DNA from: a virus
Lineage: Duplodnaviria; Caudoviricetes
Length of the DNA stretch: 44,363 nt
Direction: 5' to 3' (one strand)
Virus record (IMG/VR): IMGVR_UViG_3300033485_000034
Span: 1 to 44,363 of that record
Below are positions 1-8,744 of this stretch, piece by piece. The notes below the pieces were generated by a model. That model saw nothing but the letters and a program-made list of their open reading frames with translations, was not told the origin of the DNA and did not search any database. The stretch's first letter is position 1. Every line of letters begins with the position of its first letter. A program made the position numbers and the translations under genes.

Positions 1-96
1 GTAGCCGACGGGCTTGCGGTTCTCGTCGAGCTTGACCACCATGTCCAGCGCGGCGACGATGTTCCCGTTCTCGTCGTAGCCCAGCAGCACGCCCAT
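1..96 (-). CDS. Hypothetical protein, truncated at window edge (MGVLLGYDENGNIVAALDMVVKLDENRKPVGY...)
   Basis: ATG at 96-94 overlaps the TGA of the upstream ORF (TGATG coupling); open to position 1; not in the ORF track. Confidence 0.7.
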   Translation of the reverse strand, partial: MGVLLGYDENGNIVAALDMVVKLDENRKPVGY

Positions 97-1103
97 CAGA
101 GAGCCTCCTCCATCAGGGTGTTGTGCCTGACGTAGTAAGTTACGGCAGCGGCATCGTCGATGTCCAGCGATGACTGCACGGTCGCGTAGTGGTCGACAGC
201 GGAGACGAAGCAGCCTCCCCGGGCGAACCGGCAGATGGCGTTGAACTGCATGTTGGTCGGGCCGCCGCTGGTAGCGGAACAGTAGCCGAAGTACGAGTAG
301 GTGTCGAAGCCGACCATCCGAACGGCCGTGTGGCCAGTGGCACTCGTGATGATGGGGATGTTGATGGGGACGACCGACAAGGCGCCGAGCGCGGGCAGCT
401 CGACCTCGGTGACGAACGTGCCGTCGCCCGTCGAAGTCACGTTGCACGTCGTTCTGGCAGCCAGCCTGAACACCTTGGTCACCCCGTCTAGGATGTAGTC
501 TCCCCCGCCCGGGACAAGGGCCACCAGCCCGCCCGACCCGATGGTGACCTCCTCGTTCGCGCTCGTGACCGTCTGCACGTCCGTCGGGGTGACGGACAGC
601 AGCGGGTCGGACCAAGCGCTGTAGTTGTTCGAGTTGTCGCGAGAGCGCATCCTGACCCACAGCTTCACGTCGGGCGCGGCCCCTCGGTAGATGCGCGTCA
701 CCTTGCTCGTGGCAGAACTCCACGATGGGTCGGTCCCGGGTCCGGTCCCAGACCCGTCATCGACAGCCCAGTTGACCTCGTACTCGGCAAGGTCGGTGTC
801 AGGGATGGGGTCCCACGATGCCTCGAACGCCCGGTACCGCGCAGTGACGACACGCCCCCACGGAACCTGCGGCACCCCTTCGTCCCTGTCCGAGCCAACG
901 ATGCGGATGACCTCACGGGACACGTTGCCGAACTGGTCCTCGTTCCACGTGCGCACGTAGTACCGCTGCCCGGCCAGCAGGTTCTCGATGGCGGCGTGCG
1001 TCTCCCCCTTGGGGACGTCCGTGATGATTTGGTTCTCTCCCCACAGCGGGACGCCCGGAGCTGACTCCTCCGACGTGACGGCTACTCTGGTGCGGATGTT
1101 CAT
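96..1103 (-). CDS. Fibronectin type III-domain tail/receptor-binding protein
   Basis: FN3-like patterns (NLLAGQRYYVRTWNEDQFGNVS; SWDPIPDTDLAEYEVNW; LWVRMRSRDNSNNYSAWS); lies in the tail module; ATGA overlap with upstream gene. Confidence 0.7.
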   Translation of the reverse strand: MNIRTRVAVTSEESAPGVPLWGENQIITDVPKGETHAAIENLLAGQRYYVRTWNEDQFGNVSREVIRIVGSDRDEGVPQVPWGRVVTARYRAFEASWDPIPDTDLAEYEVNWAVDDGSGTGPGTDPSWSSATSKVTRIYRGAAPDVKLWVRMRSRDNSNNYSAWSDPLLSVTPTDVQTVTSANEEVTIGSGGLVALVPGGGDYILDGVTKVFRLAARTTCNVTSTGDGTFVTEVELPALGALSVVPINIPIITSATGHTAVRMVGFDTYSYFGYCSATSGGPTNMQFNAICRFARGGCFVSAVDHYATVQSSLDIDDAAAVTYYVRHNTLMEEAL

Positions 1104-3916
1104 GTGTCCACCGTGATGTCAAGGTTGACGACGGCCGAGCCGTCATCGTTGAGGGTGGCCCGGCTGGCGACCAGCACTTGCGACGGAGTCGGGGGCCGGG
1201 GCGGCCCGGTCTTCAGCTCCCATGTTACGCCATCGAGGCCCAGCTCCCACGTCTGGCCGGTCGAGGCGTCGTAGTAGATGCGCCCGGTCACGTAGACCAC
1301 GATGGAGTCCATCAGCTCGCCGTCGTCCAAGAAGTGGCCGGTGTCGAGGGAGAGCGGGAGACCGTAGCCGGACGAGTCTGGGGGCGTCCATCCGACCTGC
1401 CACTCTGCCTGCTCGCTGATGGGGCGGCTCGGGATGAGGTCGGTGTCCGGGGCCGAGGTGTCCTCTCGCGGAGCCACCGTCAGCGTCGTGATGGGCTCGT
1501 TCTTGTCACCCGTCTCGAACGTCACGCCGAGGATGGTCCAGTAGCCCGAACCGTAGGCCGAGGTATCGACAGCGCCGTGGTTGATGTCGACCGGCACGGC
1601 GTCGCAGACCGTGTACCCGTCCTCGGGCTGGAGAAGCCCCGTCTTCAGGGCCAGACCCATCCCCTTCCCGACCTTGCCAGATACGATGGCGTCCTGCTTC
1701 ACCCGGCGGATGAGGTCGTTCCGGTCGTTCACCCCGTCGTAGACAGAGGCACGGGCGAAGCGGCCCCACGTCGCTTGGCTGATGCCGGGCGCGTTGCGGG
1801 TCTCGTAGTAGACGCGCAGGCCCGCCCTCGTCCTGCCGATACCGTGCTGCACCGTGGCCCAAGCATCGCCGAACGGGACGACCCTGTACCCCTGCACCAG
1901 CTCGCCGTACTTCAGGCGCAACTCGTCGCGCACGACCCCGGGGTCGTCCTCCACCGTGACCGTGTAAACGCCGGTGACCTTCTCGACCTTGATGCGCGTC
2001 TTCTTGCCGGTGCCCTGCTTGTGCGACTCGATGAGGCCGGTCACGAACGACAGGCACGGCTGCATCGTGGACCAGACCGTCACCTTCTCGTCCATCGTGG
2101 CGATAGCCCCGACGTCGACGAAGCCGACCGGGCTGTTGGTCAGACCGACGGCGCGGTCGAGCTGGTCGGTCACGACCTGCTTCAACGTCTTGTTGACGTA
2201 CTTCGAGCCCCCGTCGAGGTACGTCTTGTCGGGGTTGGCCGGGTCGTATCGCTCGTCGTACTGGGTGTCGAACAGGGCGAGGTAGTCGACACCGTAGAAG
2301 ATGACCTGTCGCTCCGTTGCGTCGAAGTCCCAGACGAGCCCGGCGAACACCTCCCGCCACCCGTCGCCCGTGTAGAACTCGATGGCGTAGTGCGTCTGCT
2401 TGGGCTCGATGACGCTGAGCTGCGGGTGGTCGGACTCGATGGTCCAGTGCGCCTCGCCCGGGCTGTTGTACAGCTTGGTGGCGCCAATCTTCTTCGCGTT
2501 CTCCAGCACCGCCACCACGGTGCCGGGCCCACGGTTGGTGCCCATGCCCCGGATGACGATGCGCCACGGCTTGGCCGGGGGATAGGCCTGCACCTTGCCG
2601 GGCACGGCGACCGGGTCGAAGTCGGCGGTCAGCGTGATGTAACCTTCCGACCACGCGCTGGCCAGCCCCTTGTGGTCCCACACACGGGCGAGCCAGTAGT
2701 ACGAGCCGGCATCCAGCGCTGCCCCGCTGTACGGGATGTCGAAGCCGGTCGCCCCGTAGGCCGCCAAGACCTTGCCGGTGTCCCAGTTGACGAGCGACGG
2801 GTCGTCCCAGTTCGGGCTCCCGCCCGCGTACGGCGAGAGCTTGACCTGATACGCCCCCATCCGGTCGCCATCGGAGTCGCTGAACGTGCCCCTGAACCTG
2901 ACGTTGCGCAGGTGGGCATACGTCTTGTCGTCGGGCGTCAGGACGGGTGCGCCGGGAGCGGTGTTGTTGATGTAGAAGCTGACGAGGTCTGTCCAGAGCG
3001 ACCACTCGCCCTCGCTGTCGCGGTGACGGACACGCCACTTGTACGTGGTCTTCGTCTTCAGGTACGGGAACCGGTCGATGCTCAGGCTCGACCTGCCGTT
3101 CGTAATCTCGGCGTTGCTGGCCCGCTCGCTCGCCGCCCAGAGCAGGGTCCCCGTGACGGTCTGCCCGGCGTTGGTGGCGCTCGATGGGTAGACCTGCACC
3201 TGACTGGAGGCCAGCAGGTCCGTCGGCCGGACGTCCGCGAAGTCGGCCTCGAAGGCGGTGACTGAGCCGACCGTCCCGCTCGGCGCCATGTTGGTCGGGG
3301 TCGACGGGGTCGTCAGCCCGTAGTCGTAGATGAGTTCGATGGTCGGGCGCAAGCTGGCATCGGAGGCGTACTTCGACCAGCCGGCCCACGCGTACGCGGC
3401 GTTCGTCTGGTTGAAGTCGTAGATGCCGATGCCGTAGTTGGGCTTCGGGGTGGTGTTCCGCTTGCCGTCCGAGCGAATGACGTCCTTGGGGGCCCAGCTA
3501 TCGACCCACGCGGTGATGTCGTACCGGTTCAGTCCGCCCGTCTCCAGCGTGGGGTAGACGACCTTCTGGCTGCCGAAGTCGGCGGTTGGCTTGGTCCAGT
3601 CACCCGAAGCCCATCCACCGTCACCCGTCGTGCCTTCCTTGAACGGCGCCGTCAACCGCCGAAGTACGACCTTCGGGCTCTCGCCAGTCTCGAAGGCCGA
3701 CCCATCGTCGTCCGTGTAGACGTTGAGGTAGGCCCTCAGAACCTTGCCGACGTCGGTCCAGTTGAGGGTGAACTTGACGTACGAACGGTAGAACAGGGTG
3801 CCCGAGCGCCCGACGTACAGACGCTTGGAGTGCCCGGAGCCCTGCCTGCTCGTCTCGCCCGGCAGGGCGCGGACAGTCGTGCTGCCGGAGGCAGACCACG
3901 TCTTCAGGTTCGACAT
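1100..3916 (-). CDS. Multidomain tail protein: N-terminal DNRLRE-like domain, Ig/FN3-like domains, siphovirus Gp37/Tal-like baseplate hub domain
   Basis: LYVG..YRSYVKF..RAYLNVY..YDITAWVDSW..NYGIGI..RPTIELIY resembles DNRLRE; YKWRVRHRDSEGEWSLW and YYWLARVWDHKGLASAWS are Ig/FN3-like; LYNSPGEAHWTI..VFAGLVWD..GVDYLALF resembles a hub/Tal domain. Confidence 0.65.
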   Translation of the reverse strand: MSNLKTWSASGSTTVRALPGETSRQGSGHSKRLYVGRSGTLFYRSYVKFTLNWTDVGKVLRAYLNVYTDDDGSAFETGESPKVVLRRLTAPFKEGTTGDGGWASGDWTKPTADFGSQKVVYPTLETGGLNRYDITAWVDSWAPKDVIRSDGKRNTTPKPNYGIGIYDFNQTNAAYAWAGWSKYASDASLRPTIELIYDYGLTTPSTPTNMAPSGTVGSVTAFEADFADVRPTDLLASSQVQVYPSSATNAGQTVTGTLLWAASERASNAEITNGRSSLSIDRFPYLKTKTTYKWRVRHRDSEGEWSLWTDLVSFYINNTAPGAPVLTPDDKTYAHLRNVRFRGTFSDSDGDRMGAYQVKLSPYAGGSPNWDDPSLVNWDTGKVLAAYGATGFDIPYSGAALDAGSYYWLARVWDHKGLASAWSEGYITLTADFDPVAVPGKVQAYPPAKPWRIVIRGMGTNRGPGTVVAVLENAKKIGATKLYNSPGEAHWTIESDHPQLSVIEPKQTHYAIEFYTGDGWREVFAGLVWDFDATERQVIFYGVDYLALFDTQYDERYDPANPDKTYLDGGSKYVNKTLKQVVTDQLDRAVGLTNSPVGFVDVGAIATMDEKVTVWSTMQPCLSFVTGLIESHKQGTGKKTRIKVEKVTGVYTVTVEDDPGVVRDELRLKYGELVQGYRVVPFGDAWATVQHGIGRTRAGLRVYYETRNAPGISQATWGRFARASVYDGVNDRNDLIRRVKQDAIVSGKVGKGMGLALKTGLLQPEDGYTVCDAVPVDINHGAVDTSAYGSGYWTILGVTFETGDKNEPITTLTVAPREDTSAPDTDLIPSRPISEQAEWQVGWTPPDSSGYGLPLSLDTGHFLDDGELMDSIVVYVTGRIYYDASTGQTWELGLDGVTWELKTGPPRPPTPSQVLVASRATLNDDGSAVVNLDITVDT

Positions 3917-3919
3917 GGC

Positions 3920-5116
3920 TTACGGGGCCTCGCGTAGTACCGTCAGCTCCCGCTTCGCGCGACGCCACTGGTCAGCCAGCACGGCGTAGCTGTTCATCAG
4001 CGAGGCCGGCGTGACGTCCGTGTTGCCTGAGCGCGTCTGCCACTGCGTGAACAGGTCGCGGTCGAGGACGAGACGCTGGATGCCCTCCATACGCCCGAAC
4101 TGCCGGACGGCGAACTCCAACTCATCCGACAGGCTGGTCACCTGTGCGTCGGACGTGAGCCTGTCGTACGGGCAGTATCCCTGCACCTTGATGATGTGCT
4201 GCCCTTCGGTCATCGAAGCAGCGTGCCGGTAGGGGATGGTCAGGTACCCGTCCCAGACCTCCCAGCCCGTGTCGGAACCACTGACGTACTCGCCGGACGC
4301 CGGCTGGATGACCCACACCGGGCGAGGCGGTTCGAGGGTGGTGTCCCACACCTCGCAGCGCCGCAGCTCGATGAGCGTCGAGTTCTGCCGGTTGACCAGC
4401 TCGCTGACCGAGGACTCCAGAACCTGAATGTCGTCGAAGCGAGCGTTGATGGAGGCGTCCCCGGTGGCGACGGCCGTCAGCTTCACGCGCAGAGAGGCCA
4501 CGCCGGAGGCCGGGATGGTGTACGACCCGGTCCGGTAGACCGGGGCCGTCGAGTCGGTGTCCCACGTGAGCACGCCAGAGAGCACGACCGAGCCGCCCGA
4601 GTCGAGCGTGTCGACCGAGAGCCGGGCGGTCATGCCGGAGCCCGAGCGCCAGTGCCAGCCCCGGACCGTGTAAACGGTACTGGGGTTGACGGCCACGTCC
4701 TGATAGACGTAGCGGTTCACGCCGCCCACCTGCGGGCGCAGGAGGAGCGCTCGCCGTCCGGCCGGGGCGCTCGCGTTCAGCGAGAAGTACGCGTCGAGCG
4801 TGTCGTTTACCTGCCAGCCGCCGGTCAGCTCGTCCGACGTGCCGGTCGCCAGTTCGATGTAGGCTGCGAGGATGGTAGCGTCGCCGGACTCGAAGCTCGG
4901 GTTCAGGAGCGAGTTCTCGGTGCCGCTGCGAAGCTGGTAACTGAGCTGGTCAGTCACGTAGCTGATGTCCTCGGTGAACCGCTGCGGGGCGAAGCGCGAG
5001 ACTTCCATGATGCCCGCGTTGATGAGGTCACCGAGGACTGCGTCGCTAAACGTCTTCAGGCTCGGGTCACGGAGGTCCCGTGCGAGCGCCGTCTTCAGCT
5101 CGGAGTAGGTCGTCAC
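3920..5116 (-). CDS. Head-tail adaptor protein with inserted carbohydrate-binding (CBM4/9-like) module
   Basis: N-terminus TYSELKTALARDLRD..FSDAVLGDLINAGIMEV is adaptor-like; central NSLLNPSFESG..YQDVAVNPSTVYTVRGW..RFDDIQV is CBM_4_9-like. Confidence 0.6.
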   Translation of the reverse strand: MTTYSELKTALARDLRDPSLKTFSDAVLGDLINAGIMEVSRFAPQRFTEDISYVTDQLSYQLRSGTENSLLNPSFESGDATILAAYIELATGTSDELTGGWQVNDTLDAYFSLNASAPAGRRALLLRPQVGGVNRYVYQDVAVNPSTVYTVRGWHWRSGSGMTARLSVDTLDSGGSVVLSGVLTWDTDSTAPVYRTGSYTIPASGVASLRVKLTAVATGDASINARFDDIQVLESSVSELVNRQNSTLIELRRCEVWDTTLEPPRPVWVIQPASGEYVSGSDTGWEVWDGYLTIPYRHAASMTEGQHIIKVQGYCPYDRLTSDAQVTSLSDELEFAVRQFGRMEGIQRLVLDRDLFTQWQTRSGNTDVTPASLMNSYAVLADQWRRAKRELTVLREAP

Positions 5117-5132
5117 TTCAGCGCCTCGTGAC

Positions 5133-5178
5133 CCCAGCCTGTCCCCCTGCCATCTGAGAGCGGGCAGGGGGGGCTGGG
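5133..5178 (-). terminator. GC-rich hairpin after the decoration-like genes (terminator or processing stem)
   Basis: CCCAGCC..CCCCTGCC pairs with GGCAGGGG..GGCTGGG just downstream of the 5189 stop; no clear U-tract. Confidence 0.45.
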
Positions 5179-5188
5179 AGGATTGGGC

Positions 5189-5638
5189 TTAGGCGATGTT
5201 CTGGGCCGGGGAGCCGAGCAGGACCTCGTCCAAGATGAGTGACAGGATGCAGGTCTCCGAGACGCCGCCGGAAGCGACGGCGACCGACAGCTTACCTGCC
5301 ACGTAGATGTCCCGGTTGACGTTGGGTGCAGCCGCAGCCGCAGCAATCGTCGCGCCAGCGACGTCCACGATGCCCTTCGTCGGGCGGAAGAACACCGGGG
5401 TGCCTTCGGTGCCCGTGGTGTACGTGATGATGGCCGCGCCGGTCTTGGTGTCCGTGATGGTGATGGTTGCCGAAGCGTCCAAGCCACCGTTGTAGAGGAC
5501 ACCGACGAGACGCCCGAAGCCAACGCCCTCCGCCGAGGCGGTCGCGACGCCTGACGCATCGCACGTGATGGCGAAGTTGTATCGGACGATACCGAGAGGC
5601 CGATGCTTGATGGGCGTGGTGACGATGGTGCCGGCCAT
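5189..5638 (-). CDS. Virion structural protein (putative capsid decoration), paralog 2
   Basis: Beta-rich 149 aa; clear paralog of 5642..6076 (MAGTIV, GIVR, GRLVG, TDxKTGAAII, RPT, VNRDIxVAG). Confidence 0.55.
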   Translation of the reverse strand: MAGTIVTTPIKHRPLGIVRYNFAITCDASGVATASAEGVGFGRLVGVLYNGGLDASATITITDTKTGAAIITYTTGTEGTPVFFRPTKGIVDVAGATIAAAAAAPNVNRDIYVAGKLSVAVASGGVSETCILSLILDEVLLGSPAQNIA

Positions 5639-5641
5639 GGG

Positions 5642-6076
5642 TTACTCCAGCCCCTCGTCGAAGACGAAGGAGATGAGGCCCGTGTCGGTCGTGGTCGCGT
5701 TGGCGATGGCGAGGTTCAGTGAGCCGGCGACGAAGATGTCCCGGTTCACGTCGACCGCCGTGGTTGCCGCCGTGACGGCCGTGCCGGCGGAGTCAGTGAT
5801 GACGGCCGTCGGACGCTTGTACTCGGCTGTCCCGAACGTGAGGTCGGAGATGATGGCCGCCCCGGTCTTGGCGTCCGTCAGGAGGACGTCGGCCGTGGAG
5901 GTCATCGTAGCGCCGGCGCCGGCGGTCGGGTCGGTGTAGATGCCGACGAGGCGACCGTAGAAGTTGCCGATGGACTGGGCGCTGATGGCCCCGGCCACGC
6001 ACGTGAGAGCGCAGTCGACGCGGACGATGCCACGCCCGCCTCCGGTCTGCTTGGTTGAGACGATGGTTCCTGCCAT
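5642..6076 (-). CDS. Virion structural protein (putative capsid decoration), paralog 1
   Basis: GGGAG RBS upstream; own extended -10 promoter; paralog of 5189..5638. Confidence 0.55.
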   Translation of the reverse strand: MAGTIVSTKQTGGGRGIVRVDCALTCVAGAISAQSIGNFYGRLVGIYTDPTAGAGATMTSTADVLLTDAKTGAAIISDLTFGTAEYKRPTAVITDSAGTAVTAATTAVDVNRDIFVAGSLNLAIANATTTDTGLISFVFDEGLE

Positions 6077-6130
6077 GATGGATACTCCCTGCTGCTGCCT
6101 GAAGCTCAGGCGTCTTGGCTTGACTCCGCT

Positions 6131-6140
6131 ATGATAGCAC
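6131..6140 (-). promoter_or_regulatory. Extended -10 promoter (GTGCTATCAT)
   Basis: TGn-TATCAT in the intergenic gap upstream of 6076; same pattern at 25164-25155 and 38550-38559. Confidence 0.5.
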
Positions 6141-6149
6141 CGGCTAGCA

Positions 6150-7070
6150 CTACGCGTACGCCTCCCAGAACCAGAAGTGCGACGCGCCCGAGCCTGACAG
6201 TGTCATCGTCCCCGACTTCGAGATGGAGTAGGCCGACGTGCCCGGGGGGATTGAGGGCTTGCCGGACTGGTTCGTCCACGTGATGAGGTCGAGGCGCATC
6301 TCCTCGACGCTGTCCTCCTCGACCGTGAGGATGTTGTCCTGCCCCTTGTACCGGAAGACACGAACTCCGGTCGACGTGGGGACGGTGATGGTGAAGGTTG
6401 CCCCGCCGATGCTGAAGGAGAGCGACCCGCTCAGCGCGTCGACCTCGAACAGGATGTTCAGGGTGGCCGGGTAGTCCCCCCGGTTGACCACGTTGCCGGA
6501 CTCCGAGCCAGTGAACTCGTTGTCGGTAGGGTCAACCGCGAAGATGCGAGGGTCTCGCATGAGGAACGAGCCGACCCACGGGATGGCCAGTGCGTCAGTG
6601 TCGACCCCGCCGTGCTGCCGGCGGCTGAGCACATACTTCAGGCTGTACGGCATGGCCAAGACACGCAGCGGAATGACCAGCGCCGGGTAGTCGTCCGCTC
6701 GCGCCGTTGGACGGGAGAAGTACAGCGGCTGGAAGCCCATGTCGGAAGGCTCGTCGAGCCATGCCAGCCTCGGCGCCAGCGCTGCGCGCAGGGATTGAAG
6801 GTCATCGAACAACAGGTCGCGCGACGGAGCATACAGCGTCCCGGTGAGAACGACGCGACGAGCACCCAGCGCTGGCTCGCCGGTATCGACGCCCTCCTCC
6901 TGAGCCTTCGGCTCACGGAACTGGATGACGTCGACCTCTCCCCAATCGACGCTGTCGATGACGCACCCGCGGATGCCGCTGCCGGACTCCCGGCTCGATG
7001 TCACCGTGTCGGCGATGTCCTTGTCGTTGAGCAGGAAGCCACGGTAGGTGACGTCCTCAGTCAGGTCCAC
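6150..7070 (-). CDS. Distal tail (Dit)-like protein
   Basis: GARRVVLTGTL..LRAALAP..FLMRDPRIFA..VVNRGDYPATLNI..IPPGTS..WEAY pattern typical of siphovirus Dit proteins. Confidence 0.6.
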   Translation of the reverse strand: MDLTEDVTYRGFLLNDKDIADTVTSSRESGSGIRGCVIDSVDWGEVDVIQFREPKAQEEGVDTGEPALGARRVVLTGTLYAPSRDLLFDDLQSLRAALAPRLAWLDEPSDMGFQPLYFSRPTARADDYPALVIPLRVLAMPYSLKYVLSRRQHGGVDTDALAIPWVGSFLMRDPRIFAVDPTDNEFTGSESGNVVNRGDYPATLNILFEVDALSGSLSFSIGGATFTITVPTSTGVRVFRYKGQDNILTVEEDSVEEMRLDLITWTNQSGKPSIPPGTSAYSISKSGTMTLSGSGASHFWFWEAYA

Positions 7071-7090
7071 GTTCGCTCCTGTAGACGAGA

Positions 7091-7124
7091 GAGCCCCCCG
7101 CCCCCGGGCAGGGACAGGGGGCTC
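7091..7124 (-). terminator. Probable intrinsic terminator after the major capsid gene
   Basis: GAGCCCC/GGGGCTC stem followed on the minus strand by TCTCGTCT, 14 bp after the MCP stop. Confidence 0.55.
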
Positions 7125-7137
7125 CCGCCGCTACGGA

Positions 7138-8115
7138 TTACAGGTCCGAAGCGCTCTCGATGCGGAGGTACCGAGGGCCAGCCTCGTCGAGAAGCATGGC
7201 GCCGAAGTACCCCTTCCAGCCGACTGACGCAACCTGCGCCAGCTCGTCGCCGTGCCCACCCGGAGCCACGTAGTGGCCCGTGATGGTCCCCCAGTCACCG
7301 AAGGCGTACGCCTCGGGACCGAAGATGAACGTCGAGTAGACGTCGATGCCACCGGCCCCGCCGGCCGTCGCGACGTACGCGTTGGTCGACTCGATGAACC
7401 GGATGCCTGCGAACTTGCCAAGCTCGCCCGTGAGGAGCGGCATGGAGCCCGCGTAGCGCGAGGCGTCAATCCACCCACCGACCGCGGTGTCGTTCTCGAT
7501 GTCGAAGACGACGGCGGAGTCGATGATGGCCCGGAAGTAGCCATCGGCGAAGGGCGGGACGAGGTCGGACTTCAGGGTCGCCTTCGCTCGGCGAAGGAGC
7601 GAACCGGTGACGACATCGCCCACGCCCACGTCGGTGCGGAGGACGTTGCCCGTGCCGGCGTAGAGGACGTTGGTCCCCGCGTTGACGATGTACGACACGA
7701 ACGCGTCGGACGTCTGGACGCCGTTCAGTGCGACCTTCTCGGACGCGATGGAGACGAGGTCCTTGGGCGACTGGAGAGCCGCCTTGTCCGTAATCTCCAC
7801 CCGGCGACCTGCCTGATAGGCTGACATTTCCTCGTAGCCGAAGCTCAGAGCCTCAGCCGTCGGAGACGTGCCTTCAGTCAACCACGGGGGCGTGCCCGGC
7901 GTGACGCCGGTGATGGCAGCCTCGGTGTTGAGCGCGAGGTCCGCCATGCGCAGGAAGCGCATGGTGTTGTTCGTGCCCTTCACGAACTTGGCTGGACGAT
8001 AGTTCCCGTCGAGCAGCCACGGCAGAGTCGGGCGCAGCTCAGGCTCCATCCGCATCTGGATGAGTTCCGTCAGCAGCTTGGTGAAGTTGGTGGTTGCAGT
8101 GGTGGTCTGAGTCAA
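7138..8115 (-). CDS. Major capsid protein, N4-gp56 family (HK97 fold)
   Basis: TMRFLR..LTEGTSP..QAGRRVEITD..GELGKFAGIRFIES..VYSTFIFGPEAY..DELAQVASVGWK; TTG start with AAGGA RBS; follows scaffold. Confidence 0.9.
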   Translation of the reverse strand: MTQTTTATTNFTKLLTELIQMRMEPELRPTLPWLLDGNYRPAKFVKGTNNTMRFLRMADLALNTEAAITGVTPGTPPWLTEGTSPTAEALSFGYEEMSAYQAGRRVEITDKAALQSPKDLVSIASEKVALNGVQTSDAFVSYIVNAGTNVLYAGTGNVLRTDVGVGDVVTGSLLRRAKATLKSDLVPPFADGYFRAIIDSAVVFDIENDTAVGGWIDASRYAGSMPLLTGELGKFAGIRFIESTNAYVATAGGAGGIDVYSTFIFGPEAYAFGDWGTITGHYVAPGGHGDELAQVASVGWKGYFGAMLLDEAGPRYLRIESASDL

Positions 8116-8155
8116 CGAAGTGTCCTTCTGGACTTGGTCCGTTTACACGAACGGG

Positions 8156-8713
8156 CTAACTGTCAGCGAACCCGGTCGAGAACGCGTCGGCGAGCTGGTC
8201 TTCCAACTGCGCAAGACGCTCCTTGGCAGTGGCGGCGGGCCTTGGCCCGACCGGCCGCTGCGGGCTATTCCCAACGGGCCTTGGGGCAGGGGGCTCACCG
8301 GCATCGGCCACGCCCTTGAAGCGTGCCTCGGCGGCTGCCAACTGCTCCGGTGTCATGTTCGCCACTGCGTCCCCGAAGACGCCGAACGTCTCGGGATACG
8401 CCTGCGCGATACGTGCCACCTTGGCCTCGGCTCTGGCCTGCGCCAGTTCCGCGTCCTTCGCTGCGAGCTGTGCCCGAAGCGCCTCGTCCTTGTCCAGCAC
8501 GCCCTTCTGGGCCTCCGCAAGCTGCGCCGCTAGCGCGTCGCGAGCCGCTGCGAGTTCCTTGGCGGCCTTGGACAGCTCAGTGACCTTCGCGTCCAGTCCA
8601 GCGTTCCTACTGCGAAGCGTAGTGACCTCGTCGGGCTGCGGGGGAGTGCCAGCGGCGGGGGCCGGCTGGGCCTCACCCTCGGCGGGCGGGGTGCCTTCGT
8701 TCGGTTCGGTCAT
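8156..8713 (-). CDS. Capsid scaffolding protein
   Basis: Ala/Glu-rich coiled coil with Pro-rich ends, directly upstream of MCP; GGAG RBS. Confidence 0.7.
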   Translation of the reverse strand: MTEPNEGTPPAEGEAQPAPAAGTPPQPDEVTTLRSRNAGLDAKVTELSKAAKELAAARDALAAQLAEAQKGVLDKDEALRAQLAAKDAELAQARAEAKVARIAQAYPETFGVFGDAVANMTPEQLAAAEARFKGVADAGEPPAPRPVGNSPQRPVGPRPAATAKERLAQLEDQLADAFSTGFADS

Positions 8714-8744
8714 GTCGCTACCTTACTCCTGCTTCGCCGCGTCG

